DNA from: a virus
Lineage: Duplodnaviria; Caudoviricetes
Length of the DNA: 51,648 nucleotides
Virus record (IMG/VR): IMGVR_UViG_3300030333_007728
Span: 1 to 51,648 of that record
Reading direction: 5' to 3' (one strand)
Part shown: in pieces, positions 38,269 through 46,983 of the stretch
How the letters are laid out: each line of letters starts with the position of its first letter
Position numbering within the stretch: the stretch's first letter is position 1
Program-made: the position numbers and the translations under genes
Notes under the pieces: model-generated
What the model saw: the letters and a program-made list of their open reading frames with translations, nothing else
What the model was told of the DNA's origin: nothing
The model's database searches: none

Positions 38269-39170
38269 AGTATTTAGTAACAGGCGGTTTCGGTTTTATA
38301 GGTACAAATTTGGTAGTAGAGCTACTGAATCAAGGCCATCATGTAGTTGTTATAGATGATTGTTCTTCGGATAGCGTATCTTCTCCTCAGTGGTCTGATA
38401 AATGTGATTTTATTCAGTGCGACATAGCCAAGCCTAACTTTTATCATAAATTTTTAGATGGGGTAGATACTTGCTTTCATCTTGCTGCAAAAGCTAGAGT
38501 CCAACCATCTATTGAAGATCCAGCTCGTTTCGATTTCACTAACGTCCATGGTACAGTACAGCTTTTTAAGGCTTGCGTAGATGCTGGAGTCAAAAAAATA
38601 GTCTTCAGCTCATCTTCTTCTGTTTATGGAGACGCAGAAATGCCTACAGCAGAAACTCATTCTTTTGCGCCAAAGAGCCCGTATGGATTACAAAAAAAGA
38701 TAGGAGAGGATTACTTAAAACTTTTTACTGAGATTTATAATATAAAAGGCGTCGCTTTAAGGTATTTTAATGTTTATGGAGAGGGCATGCCTCTAGGTGG
38801 AGCTTATGCTACCGCAATTGGCATTTTCTTTAATCAAGTTAGGAATGGCGAGAAAATCACTATATTTGGCGACGGAGAGCAGACTAGAGATTTTACTTAT
38901 GTTAAAGATGTTGTTAAGGCTAATATTTTATCGGCAACGACTGAAGGCCTCGATGATTATGAAGTATTCAACGTAGGAAATGGAGACAACGCTAGCGTAA
39001 ATCATGTTGCAGATTTGATTGGGGGAGAAAGGCAATACTTGCCACCTAAATTAGAGCCCAAGGCTACTTTAGCAGACAATTCCAAAATAAAAGATAAGTT
39101 AGGTTGGAAGCCAACTGGAGATTTAGATAATTGGGTTAAAGAATACAAGAAAATTATAAACTTAACTTAA
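38265..39170 (+). CDS. NAD-dependent nucleotide-sugar epimerase/dehydratase
   Basis: VTGGFGFIG, HLAA, SSSSVYG, YGLQK, LRYFNVYG and GDGEQTRDFTYV motifs. Confidence 0.92.
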   Translation: MKYLVTGGFGFIGTNLVVELLNQGHHVVVIDDCSSDSVSSPQWSDKCDFIQCDIAKPNFYHKFLDGVDTCFHLAAKARVQPSIEDPARFDFTNVHGTVQLFKACVDAGVKKIVFSSSSSVYGDAEMPTAETHSFAPKSPYGLQKKIGEDYLKLFTEIYNIKGVALRYFNVYGEGMPLGGAYATAIGIFFNQVRNGEKITIFGDGEQTRDFTYVKDVVKANILSATTEGLDDYEVFNVGNGDNASVNHVADLIGGERQYLPPKLEPKATLADNSKIKDKLGWKPTGDLDNWVKEYKKIINLT

Positions 39171-39171
39171 G

Positions 39172-40263
39172 ATGCAGATAACTAACATAAAATCAGCTAT
39201 AGAAAGCAGAGAGGAAATGAGTAATAAAAAGGTAGTTGTCATCACTGGCGTAACAGGTCAGGACGGCAGCAATATGGTTGATTTTCTATTGAGCAACCAC
39301 AAGGATGGAGATATACATATTTTTGGAGGGGCCAGAAGACTAAGTATATCTAATCATGATAATATCAAGCATTTAGAAGGCAACCCAAATTTTACCTTAA
39401 TAAACCTTGATGTTACTGATGCAACTTGCATTACAAGAGTAGTTAAAGATCTAAGTCCTGACTATTTTATTAATTTTGCTGCTCAAAGCTTTGTTGGTAG
39501 TAGTTGGGATTTTCCAGTGCAAACTTGGGATACTAACGCTACAGCAGTTTTGCATATGCTTGAGGCTATTAGACTCTATAATCCAGATTGTCGTTTTTAT
39601 CAAGCGGGTTCCAGCGAAGAGTATGGCGACGTTATGTATTCTCCGCAAGACGAGAACCATCCCCCTCGGCCAGTAAGTCCCTATGGAGCAACTAAAGTTG
39701 CAGCTAGACAATTAGTAAAGGTTTACAGAGATTCTTATGGTTTATATGCGTGTTGCGGATTGCTATTTAACCATGAAGGGGTAAGGAGAGGTGAAGAGTT
39801 CGTGACTAGAAAGATAACGAAAGGGGTTGCGAAAATCAAGAAAAGCATGGAGCTCGGAATCAAATTTGAGCCTTTGCAGTTGGGAAATATCAATTCCAAG
39901 CGTGATTGGTCTGACTCCGAAGATTTTATTAGAGGAGTTTGGCTCATGTTAAATAGAGAAAAACCTGAAGATTTTGTTTTATCTAGTAACGAAACTCATG
40001 AAATCTCTAAATTTGTATCTTTGGCTTTTGAGGCGGCTGGAATTACTGGGAGATGGGAAGGAGAAGGGCTTGAGGCCAAGTTTGTTAACTATCAAAATGT
40101 TGTTTTAGTTGAAGTTAATGAAGAGTTTTATCGACCAGCGGAAGTCGATTTACTTTATGGAGACTCCACTAAAGCTAGAGAAGAGATGGGATGGAACCCA
40201 AGAACTTCATTCCCAGAGCTAGTTAAAAAAATGGTTCTGCACGATCTTTCTGAAATGCCTTGA
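39172..40263 (+). CDS. gmd: GDP-mannose 4,6-dehydratase
   Basis: ITGVTGQDGS, AAQSFV, YQAGSSE, SPYGATK, LFNHEG.RRGEEFVTRKIT, LGN...KRDW and YRPAEVDLLYGD motifs. Confidence 0.93.
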   Translation: MQITNIKSAIESREEMSNKKVVVITGVTGQDGSNMVDFLLSNHKDGDIHIFGGARRLSISNHDNIKHLEGNPNFTLINLDVTDATCITRVVKDLSPDYFINFAAQSFVGSSWDFPVQTWDTNATAVLHMLEAIRLYNPDCRFYQAGSSEEYGDVMYSPQDENHPPRPVSPYGATKVAARQLVKVYRDSYGLYACCGLLFNHEGVRRGEEFVTRKITKGVAKIKKSMELGIKFEPLQLGNINSKRDWSDSEDFIRGVWLMLNREKPEDFVLSSNETHEISKFVSLAFEAAGITGRWEGEGLEAKFVNYQNVVLVEVNEEFYRPAEVDLLYGDSTKAREEMGWNPRTSFPELVKKMVLHDLSEMP

Positions 40264-40288
40264 CTTTTTCAAAAGCGGCCTTTAAATT
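40260..40288 (+). promoter_or_regulatory. Sigma70-like promoter with AAAAG spacer element
   Basis: TTGACT-ttttcAAAAGcggcctt-TAAATT, 7 nt upstream of GTG 40296. Confidence 0.7.
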
Positions 40289-40295
40289 ATTGGCT

Positions 40296-40661
40296 GTGAA
40301 CGAGAAGGAAAAGCGTAAGTACCTTATGGATAACTTTCTAGTTGATCCTGCTGGTACTAATTTCTTTCATCAAAACAAGCAAGCTCAAAAGCTTTTAGCC
40401 TTTTTCCCTGATATAGATTTTTGGAAATGGCTTAACGCCAACTATGAAGACTTGAAGGTTTACACTCTAGTAAATCTGCTAAAACCTAAAGTTATGGCAA
40501 AGCTCAGGGCGCGTAAAAAGATAAAAGCATTCAGTTTCAAAGACAAGCCTTGCATTAATATTTCTGAAGAAAAATTCGGAGAAGATGTTGAGGTAACCCC
40601 AACCAAACCAAAAACAGTTCTAGATTTTTTAAGAGATGGCAGCAAAGAGGAAAAAAAGTAG
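40296..40661 (+). CDS. Hypothetical protein
   Basis: Start re-called at GTG 40296 (probably leaderless). Basic protein directly upstream of the recombinase. Confidence 0.6.
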   Translation: MNEKEKRKYLMDNFLVDPAGTNFFHQNKQAQKLLAFFPDIDFWKWLNANYEDLKVYTLVNLLKPKVMAKLRARKKIKAFSFKDKPCINISEEKFGEDVEVTPTKPKTVLDFLRDGSKEEKK

Positions 40662-41733
40662 CGCGGAGGGCAAAAGCCCAGTAGAGCAGATAAAACAATA
40701 TTTATCTGATAATAAAGAGTATCACAATGACTTCGCTGAAGAAGTAGATTACGTTGTATCTAGCGGTAGCTTACTACTGGATATGGAAATGTCTGGAGGT
40801 GTTCGGCCTTCGGTAATCAGAGCTTCGGGAGTATCAGAAGGAGGTAAAACGTCTTGCGCTTTATCTTTCGCTAGAAACTTCCAAAAAATGGATAACAGTA
40901 TGGTTGTTTATGTAAAAGCAGAAGGGAGACTCAGCAAGGACATGATAGAAAGGTCTGGAGTTGATACTTCAGATGATAAATGGTGCGTTAGGAAAACTAA
41001 TATTTATGAACACGTATTAAATTTCATAAGGCATTTAGTACAAGACAATCCAACTAACTGTAAGTATATGTTCATAATTGACTCAATGGATGCTTTAGTA
41101 CGCCATTCGGACTTAGATCGTCCTTTTGAAGACGCTAACAAGGTTGCTGGCGGCTCTACTTTGAGTTCTGATTTTTTGAGGAAGATAGCTTTGAACCTTA
41201 GCGTTGGTGGGCACATTTTATTCTTAATAAGTCAAGTAAGAAGTAAAGTGTCTATCAATCCATATGAAAAAGGCGACCCAAGACTTACTAATGCTTCTGG
41301 AGGGAATGCTTTATTACATTACAGTGATTGGATTCTGGAATTTCAACCTAGGCATAAAGCTGATTTCATAATTGAGAAAGACGAGCGTGGTAAAGAAGGG
41401 ATAGTTGGTCATTTCTGCAAAATTATTCTAAGGAAAACTCCAAACGAAAAAACTGGAGCGCCAGTGAGATATCCAATTAAGTATTTTAGGAAGAATGGCG
41501 AAAGCGTTTGGACAGAACAGGAGATTATAGACGTAATGACGGCTTTTCATTGTATAACTCAGAAAGGAGCTTGGATAAACTTTTCTGATGAAATGTGCGA
41601 GGAATTTGACAAGAAAAACTTAGAATATGAAAAGCAGCATCAAGGCATAGAGAGCTTTAGAAACTATCTAACTAAAAACACTGAATTAACAAAATTTCTG
41701 TATGATTATATTCTTACGGCTTTTCAAAAATAA
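40636..41733 (+). CDS. recA: RecA/UvsX-like recombinase
   Basis: SSGSLLLD..MSGG, Walker A GVSEGGKTS, IIDSMDAL, ISQVR, SGGNALLHYS and QKGAW motifs. Confidence 0.85.
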   Translation: MAAKRKKSSAEGKSPVEQIKQYLSDNKEYHNDFAEEVDYVVSSGSLLLDMEMSGGVRPSVIRASGVSEGGKTSCALSFARNFQKMDNSMVVYVKAEGRLSKDMIERSGVDTSDDKWCVRKTNIYEHVLNFIRHLVQDNPTNCKYMFIIDSMDALVRHSDLDRPFEDANKVAGGSTLSSDFLRKIALNLSVGGHILFLISQVRSKVSINPYEKGDPRLTNASGGNALLHYSDWILEFQPRHKADFIIEKDERGKEGIVGHFCKIILRKTPNEKTGAPVRYPIKYFRKNGESVWTEQEIIDVMTAFHCITQKGAWINFSDEMCEEFDKKNLEYEKQHQGIESFRNYLTKNTELTKFLYDYILTAFQK

Positions 41734-41735
41734 CC

Positions 41736-42110
41736 ATGGATAAATTAAACGAGCTTTTCCAAATGCAGGATTCTCTAAATAAGAGAATCGGGGTTGACTC
41801 TAGCAAAATTACAAATGAAGAAGATAGGACTAAATGGACCTTGAACTATTGCAGAGCAATGACTCAGGAGCTTGCAGAGCTTACTGATAGCGTTCCATGG
41901 AAGTGGTGGGCTAAATACCAAGAGTTTGACCTGCAAAACGCAAGGGTTGAAGTTGTAGACTTATTCCATTTTTTAATCAGTTTAGCTCAAGTGTTAGGAA
42001 TGGATGCTGATGAGGTTTACAAGATTTACCTCAAAAAGAACGAGGTCAACCTACAGAGGCAAGATTCCGGTTATACAGAAAAAGACGAAAGCGACACTCG
42101 TCATATATGA
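41736..42110 (+). CDS. Dimeric (all-alpha) dUTPase-like NTP pyrophosphohydrolase
   Basis: ELAEL...PWKWW, EVVDLFHF and YLKKNEVN..RQ..GY motifs. Confidence 0.85.
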   Translation: MDKLNELFQMQDSLNKRIGVDSSKITNEEDRTKWTLNYCRAMTQELAELTDSVPWKWWAKYQEFDLQNARVEVVDLFHFLISLAQVLGMDADEVYKIYLKKNEVNLQRQDSGYTEKDESDTRHI

Positions 42111-42523
42111 AGCTGTTTAACGTCAATGGCAAATTAGTAGGGAAAGATGTCGTAAAGTACAGAATAAACTGGAATAAAAAGTGTAGGTCTAAAATCCAGT
42201 TTAAGGTCAAACAGTTTTTACTGCCATACTGGAGAAATCATATTTGTTTTGAAGAGTTCCCTGTTTATGGGACTAGGCTAAAAGTAGATATCATAAACTT
42301 CACCAGAAAGATAGCTATTGAAGTCCAAGGTAATCAACACTACTCTTTCAATAAGTTTTTCCACTCCAACTCCAGAATGAAGTACCTAGACTCAATTAGA
42401 AGGGATAATCAAAAAATTGAGTGGTTAGAGTTAAATAACATAAAACTAGTAGAGATATTAGAAAACGAGGTCGAAGATTTGTCTAAAAAGTTTTTTTATG
42501 ATAAGTTCGAAATAGACCTATGA
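42107..42523 (+). CDS. PD-(D/E)XK endonuclease (Vsr/DUF559-like)
   Basis: EEFPV...LKVD...IAIEVQGNQH...RRDNQK..W motif. Confidence 0.75.
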   Translation: MKLFNVNGKLVGKDVVKYRINWNKKCRSKIQFKVKQFLLPYWRNHICFEEFPVYGTRLKVDIINFTRKIAIEVQGNQHYSFNKFFHSNSRMKYLDSIRRDNQKIEWLELNNIKLVEILENEVEDLSKKFFYDKFEIDL

Positions 42524-42525
42524 TA

Positions 42526-42534
42526 GTGTAAATA
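42526..42534 (+). promoter_or_regulatory. GTGTAAATA putative phage promoter element
   Basis: Lies in a 16-nt intergenic gap, 5 nt upstream of ATG 42540. Confidence 0.6.
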
Positions 42535-42539
42535 TATTT

Positions 42540-42842
42540 ATGTCAGCATTTAAGTTTCCAACATCTTTACTGACTCAGATTGATGAATGCTCCGATGGAG
42601 GGTTCATTCTCTTCACCATAAACTCAGAAGGCGAGCCAGAGGTTAGAAGTAGGTTTGACGACCCAATTAAAGCTCTAGCTTTGCAGTATTACGCCAAAAA
42701 CTGGACTGATGTAATCGATGAACTCAATAATAAAGCCACTTTCTCCAATATCGCCAGTATGTGCAGCGATGAAATAGACGGTATAGATGAGGAAGGTTTT
42801 GAGGATATTGAAGAGGACGACTCCGGAGAAGACTTTGTTTAG
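42540..42842 (+). CDS. Hypothetical protein with an acidic C-terminal tail
   Basis: 100 aa with an Asp/Glu-rich tail and its own GTGTAAATA element. Confidence 0.65.
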   Translation: MSAFKFPTSLLTQIDECSDGGFILFTINSEGEPEVRSRFDDPIKALALQYYAKNWTDVIDELNNKATFSNIASMCSDEIDGIDEEGFEDIEEDDSGEDFV

Positions 42843-42843
42843 T

Positions 42844-42872
42844 TTGACATTTGTAAAAGCGTAGGGTAAAGT
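42844..42872 (+). promoter_or_regulatory. Sigma70-like promoter with AAAAG spacer element (helicase operon)
   Basis: TTGACA-tttgtAAAAGcgtaggg-TAAAGT, 10 nt upstream of ATG 42883. Confidence 0.75.
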
Positions 42873-42882
42873 TGAAAGTTCA

Positions 42883-44364
42883 ATGGAGCTTTACTCTCTT
42901 CAAATAGAGAGGCACGTACTAGGTGGCCTTCTTAAAAACCCTAAATATCTTTACGAAATAGATAGGTTTATCAACGAAAGTGACTTTTACCAGCCAACTC
43001 ATGGCACTATTTTTTCAGTAACTAAGAACATTATCCTTTCTGGAGGTAATGTTGATAAAGTCGTTATTTCAGAGAAGATAAAAAACTTAGGTATTTCTTT
43101 CAAGGACGATATCAATATCTATGATTATATCGAAAACCTTTTTTTCACTCAGATATCGGCAAAAGGCTTAGTAGATTCTTCTAAAGAGCTCTTAAAGCTT
43201 AGGATTAGAAGAGACTTAGTCGAAAACTCTGATAAAATAAAAGATTTCGTAAAAGCTTCAGGCGGAGATTCTATTGAAGAAATTATTAGTAATGTAGATA
43301 AGATACATTCTGAAAAGATAGACAGTTATTCTTTTTCTGATGAGCCTATAAATTTATTTGATGGCGTCGAATCGTTAATCGAGGAGACAGGCAATAACCC
43401 TCAAGAAGAGACAGGTTTTAAAACGCCTTACCCTGAGTTCAACCGTTTATTCGGAGGGCTTAAGCCAGCAAACATTTACGCCATAGTTTCTAGACCAGCG
43501 CAAGGAAAGACAACGTGGATCAATGACGTAGCTTTCAAAACTTCAGTCATTAACAATTGCAAGGTTTTAGTCTTAGACACAGAAATGAGCACAAAGGAAA
43601 TGCAATTTAGAATGGCCGCTTCCATGTCTGGCGTTCCAATGTGGTACCTTGAAACGGGTAAGTGGCGAAACGACCAAAGTATGGTTGATAAAGTCAGGGC
43701 CTCGTTCAAGAAGATCAAAGACTATAACTATTTTCACTATCATGTTGGCAACAAGACTATTGATGAGATTTGTTCGATGATAAGGAGATGGTACTACTCT
43801 CAAGTAGGCAGGGGAGAGAAGTGTTTAGTCGCTTACGATTACGTTAAGTTAACTGGAGAGAAAGTTGGTTACAACTGGGCCGAGCATCAAGCCATAGGCG
43901 ACAAAATAGACAAGCTTAAAAAAATATCAGAAGAAATAAACTGTCCCATAGTTACTGCTATGCAAATGAATAGAGCTGGTGAAACTTTTAATAGAAAGGG
44001 CTCAGACTTAGTCGATGATGCTTCAGCTATATCTCTTTCCGATAGGCTTCAGTGGTTTGCTAGTTTTGTTGCGATATTTAGGAGAAAGACCGTGGATGAA
44101 ATAGCATTAGACGGAGAGCAGTTTGGCACGCATAAACTAATACCATTAAAAACTCGTTTTCAAGGTAAGGATGCGGCCGGTCATCATGATTTAATAAAAA
44201 GGACTTTAGAGGACGGCACAGAGAAGTACGTAAATAACTATTTAAACTTCGAAGTAGAAAACTTCAACATAAAAGAGCAGGGCTCTTTACAGAGAGTCGT
44301 TGAAGCGGCTAGAGAAAATCATATTTTAGATGATGTAAGTGATTCAGATGGAGAATTGCTATGA
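42883..44364 (+). CDS. dnaB: Replicative DNA helicase (DnaB family)
   Basis: N-domain IERHVLGGLL...DFY...H..IF; Walker A SRPAQGKT; DTEM, AYDYVKL and AMQMNR motifs. Confidence 0.92.
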   Translation: MELYSLQIERHVLGGLLKNPKYLYEIDRFINESDFYQPTHGTIFSVTKNIILSGGNVDKVVISEKIKNLGISFKDDINIYDYIENLFFTQISAKGLVDSSKELLKLRIRRDLVENSDKIKDFVKASGGDSIEEIISNVDKIHSEKIDSYSFSDEPINLFDGVESLIEETGNNPQEETGFKTPYPEFNRLFGGLKPANIYAIVSRPAQGKTTWINDVAFKTSVINNCKVLVLDTEMSTKEMQFRMAASMSGVPMWYLETGKWRNDQSMVDKVRASFKKIKDYNYFHYHVGNKTIDEICSMIRRWYYSQVGRGEKCLVAYDYVKLTGEKVGYNWAEHQAIGDKIDKLKKISEEINCPIVTAMQMNRAGETFNRKGSDLVDDASAISLSDRLQWFASFVAIFRRKTVDEIALDGEQFGTHKLIPLKTRFQGKDAAGHHDLIKRTLEDGTEKYVNNYLNFEVENFNIKEQGSLQRVVEAARENHILDDVSDSDGELL

Positions 44365-45287
44365 GTAAAGATATAAGATCTATTTTAGAAGATATTGGAT
44401 ACACCAATATAAAAGATTTAGGTAAGGAGTATCGAATGAGCGCTATCTATAGAGATGGCGATAACGAAACTGCTTTGAGGGTAAAAAAAGATACCGGATA
44501 TTTTACGGATTTCAAAGAATCCATATCAGGCCCGATAGAAGATTTAGTTAAGATAACTCTAAAGCTAAAAGATGTCAGCGAAGCTAAAAGTTGGCTTAGC
44601 GGCAAGATAGACCTAACTAAAACTAGCTCTGCACCTAAAAGTAAAATCAAAGAGCAGAGAATATTTCCAGAAGGGCATTTAGACACTTTAGTAAAAGACC
44701 ATTCCTACTGGATCGGTAGAGGTGTTTCTGAGAGTACCATAAAATCTTTTAACGGAGGGGTAGTCCTTTCTGGTAAAATGAAGGACAGATACGTCTTCCC
44801 CATAAAGAACTACAAAAAACAGATTGTTGGTTTCTCTGGTAGAGACATACTCCCAACCAAACAGAATAGCTCTAGACCTAAGTGGAAGCACTTAGGGGAT
44901 AAATCTAGTTGGAGATTTCCGTTCGAATTCAACTATAATATAATACAAGAAAAGAAGTCTGTCATAGTAATTGAGAGTATCGGAGATATGCTTTCGCTTT
45001 GGGACGCTGGGATTAAGAATACTTTAGTTTCGTTTGGCTTAGATTTAAGTGTTCCATGCATCAACACTCTCTTGAGGGTAGACCCAAACAAAATACATAT
45101 CTGCTTAAATAATGACTCTGAGTCCTCTGGAGCAGGAAATGTGGCCGCTAAGAAGCTTAAAGCTAAACTACTAAAATATTTCGACCCTCATCAAGTAAAA
45201 ATCAATGAGCTTACTGAGTATAATGATTTCGGGGAGATGCCAACAAACAAAGTGAAAGAGTTTTTCCATGAACTTAAATCAGTCTGA
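44361..45287 (+). CDS. DNA primase, DnaG-like TOPRIM (atypical motifs)
   Basis: RYVFPI...IVGFSGR...PKWKH, VIESIGD, CLNND and NDFGEM motifs; directly downstream of the helicase. Confidence 0.8.
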   Translation: MSKDIRSILEDIGYTNIKDLGKEYRMSAIYRDGDNETALRVKKDTGYFTDFKESISGPIEDLVKITLKLKDVSEAKSWLSGKIDLTKTSSAPKSKIKEQRIFPEGHLDTLVKDHSYWIGRGVSESTIKSFNGGVVLSGKMKDRYVFPIKNYKKQIVGFSGRDILPTKQNSSRPKWKHLGDKSSWRFPFEFNYNIIQEKKSVIVIESIGDMLSLWDAGIKNTLVSFGLDLSVPCINTLLRVDPNKIHICLNNDSESSGAGNVAAKKLKAKLLKYFDPHQVKINELTEYNDFGEMPTNKVKEFFHELKSV

Positions 45288-45918
45288 CCTAAATAAGAAA
45301 GTAGAAGAATTTAAAGAGAAACGGAACACTGCGGTCAATCGTAAAGGCTACAGTTCTTTTGGCATTAATAATGAAGTAAATCTTACTAATTACTATTGGT
45401 TTAAGAATAGACTTTCAAAGGATGAGTGCCAGAAGGCTATAGACCTAGGACTCTCTAAAAATCCTGAGTCGGCCGACACTTTTTCTGGAAATGCTTCTAC
45501 TGTTAGGAAAAGCAATGTATCTTGGTTGCCGATACGTCCGGATATCACTTGGTTGCTGGACCATCTGAAAGAATGCGTGCTTGAAGCTAATGAAACATGG
45601 GGTATAGAGTACTGTGGGTTTTGGGAGAGTATTCAGTTTACTCATTATAACGAGGTAGGCTCTCATTACGATTTTCATTTAGACATTGGCCCCGGACATG
45701 GTTTCAGAAAGATAAGTATTGTAGTTCAGCTTTCTGATCCAGCCACTTACGAGGGGGGAGACCTTATAATTGACACTGGGAGCAATACAACAACTTGCCC
45801 TAGAGGACTTGGTAATGTTATACTATTCCCCTCAATTTTAATACATAAAGTTACTCCAGTTACTAAAGGAGAAAGGTTCTCTTTAGTTTCTTGGGTTTCT
45901 GGCCCTAACTGGAAATGA
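45268..45918 (+). CDS. 2OG-Fe(II) oxygenase (prolyl-hydroxylase/PKHD-like)
   Basis: QFTHY...YDFHLD...RKISIVVQL...YEGGDL...FPS..IHKVTPVTKGERFSLVSW motif. Confidence 0.88.
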   Translation: MNLNQSDLNKKVEEFKEKRNTAVNRKGYSSFGINNEVNLTNYYWFKNRLSKDECQKAIDLGLSKNPESADTFSGNASTVRKSNVSWLPIRPDITWLLDHLKECVLEANETWGIEYCGFWESIQFTHYNEVGSHYDFHLDIGPGHGFRKISIVVQLSDPATYEGGDLIIDTGSNTTTCPRGLGNVILFPSILIHKVTPVTKGERFSLVSWVSGPNWK

Positions 45919-46940
45919 GCGAAAAAAGAGAAAGAATACTCTCGGCTTCAAGGATAAAAACCCTTGAAACTTGCACTTGGTCTTACTGGTGCAATTACCA
46001 CCTTAAAGTCCCTCAAAGGCAAAACGAAGGAGCTTTACGTGGTACTATAGCCCATTTAATATTTGAGCTACTCTTAGACCCTAGGCATAGAAAGCATTAC
46101 GATGACATAGTTATGGGAGGCAGCATAGAGTGTTCTCCCGCTGTTGCTAGACTTGTTCTAAAAAAACTAAAGTACGACAGAATAAAACATGATTTACCTA
46201 TGGACAGTCATGCTAATTATTCCTTAATGGACAAGATGATTGTCCTTGGACTGTCTCATGATTATTTTTGTAAAGGTGGTCGAATTGACAAGCCTGAATA
46301 TGAGTTTCTTATAGATAATGAATCTCCCAAATATAAGATAAGAGGATTCATTGATAAACCTGCTGTCTATGACAAAGAGAAGGTCGTAAAAATCATAGAC
46401 TATAAAAGTAGTAAGAATAAGTTTTCCAAAAAAGAGCTTTCATCTAGCGTTCAAGGGATGGCTTATTCTTTAGCGGCTAGAAGAGAGTGGCCTGAATATA
46501 AGCCTATAGTTGAGTTCCTCTTTCTCCGTCACCCAAGGACTCCAACTCAAAATGTAGAGTTCTCGGATGAAGACCTTGAAGGTTTTGAATACTACTTGGA
46601 GCATTGTTATTCTATAATTAACAATTATACTGAAGAGACAGCAGTGTCTAGGTTTGCGGCTGATTACGATGAAGATAAATGGATGTGTAAGATAGGTTCT
46701 TGGAAGTGTCCCTTCTTAGAACCTTATTACTACTACTGTTTGGTGGACGAAAATGGCGAGGTGATATCCAAGAGCTTTAAAGAAGATTTTGATGTTAAAG
46801 AGGGCCAGAAAGTGACAAAAGAAAAATACAATGGATGCCCTAGGCACTTCGTTGCTAGAGCGGATAGAAACAATGACTTCGATGGCATCTCTGAACCTCC
46901 CCAACAAAAAGCCAAAGCCTCAGATCCGTTTGACTTTTAA
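45915..46940 (+). CDS. PD-(D/E)XK RecB/Cas4-like exonuclease
   Basis: LSASRIKTLETC...GTIAH...RGFIDK...IIDYKSSK...Q..AY motif, with C-terminal cysteines. Confidence 0.82.
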   Translation: MSEKRERILSASRIKTLETCTWSYWCNYHLKVPQRQNEGALRGTIAHLIFELLLDPRHRKHYDDIVMGGSIECSPAVARLVLKKLKYDRIKHDLPMDSHANYSLMDKMIVLGLSHDYFCKGGRIDKPEYEFLIDNESPKYKIRGFIDKPAVYDKEKVVKIIDYKSSKNKFSKKELSSSVQGMAYSLAARREWPEYKPIVEFLFLRHPRTPTQNVEFSDEDLEGFEYYLEHCYSIINNYTEETAVSRFAADYDEDKWMCKIGSWKCPFLEPYYYYCLVDENGEVISKSFKEDFDVKEGQKVTKEKYNGCPRHFVARADRNNDFDGISEPPQQKAKASDPFDF

Positions 46941-46941
46941 G

Positions 46942-46970
46942 TTGACTAAGTAAAAAGTCTTAGTTAAATT
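46942..46970 (+). promoter_or_regulatory. Sigma70-like promoter with AAAAG spacer element (polymerase operon)
   Basis: TTGACT-aagtaAAAAGtcttagt-TAAATT, 13 nt upstream of ATG 46984. Confidence 0.75.
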
Positions 46971-46983
46971 AGACGTGTCGTAA

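Noticed and set aside
29757-45918. DNA base hypermodification system as the explanation for the glycosyltransferases and oxygenases
   Set aside because: No thymidylate-synthase-like hydroxymethylase, TET/JBP, DNA methylase, dpdA or purZ is recognisable in the window. Kept only as an alternative hypothesis.
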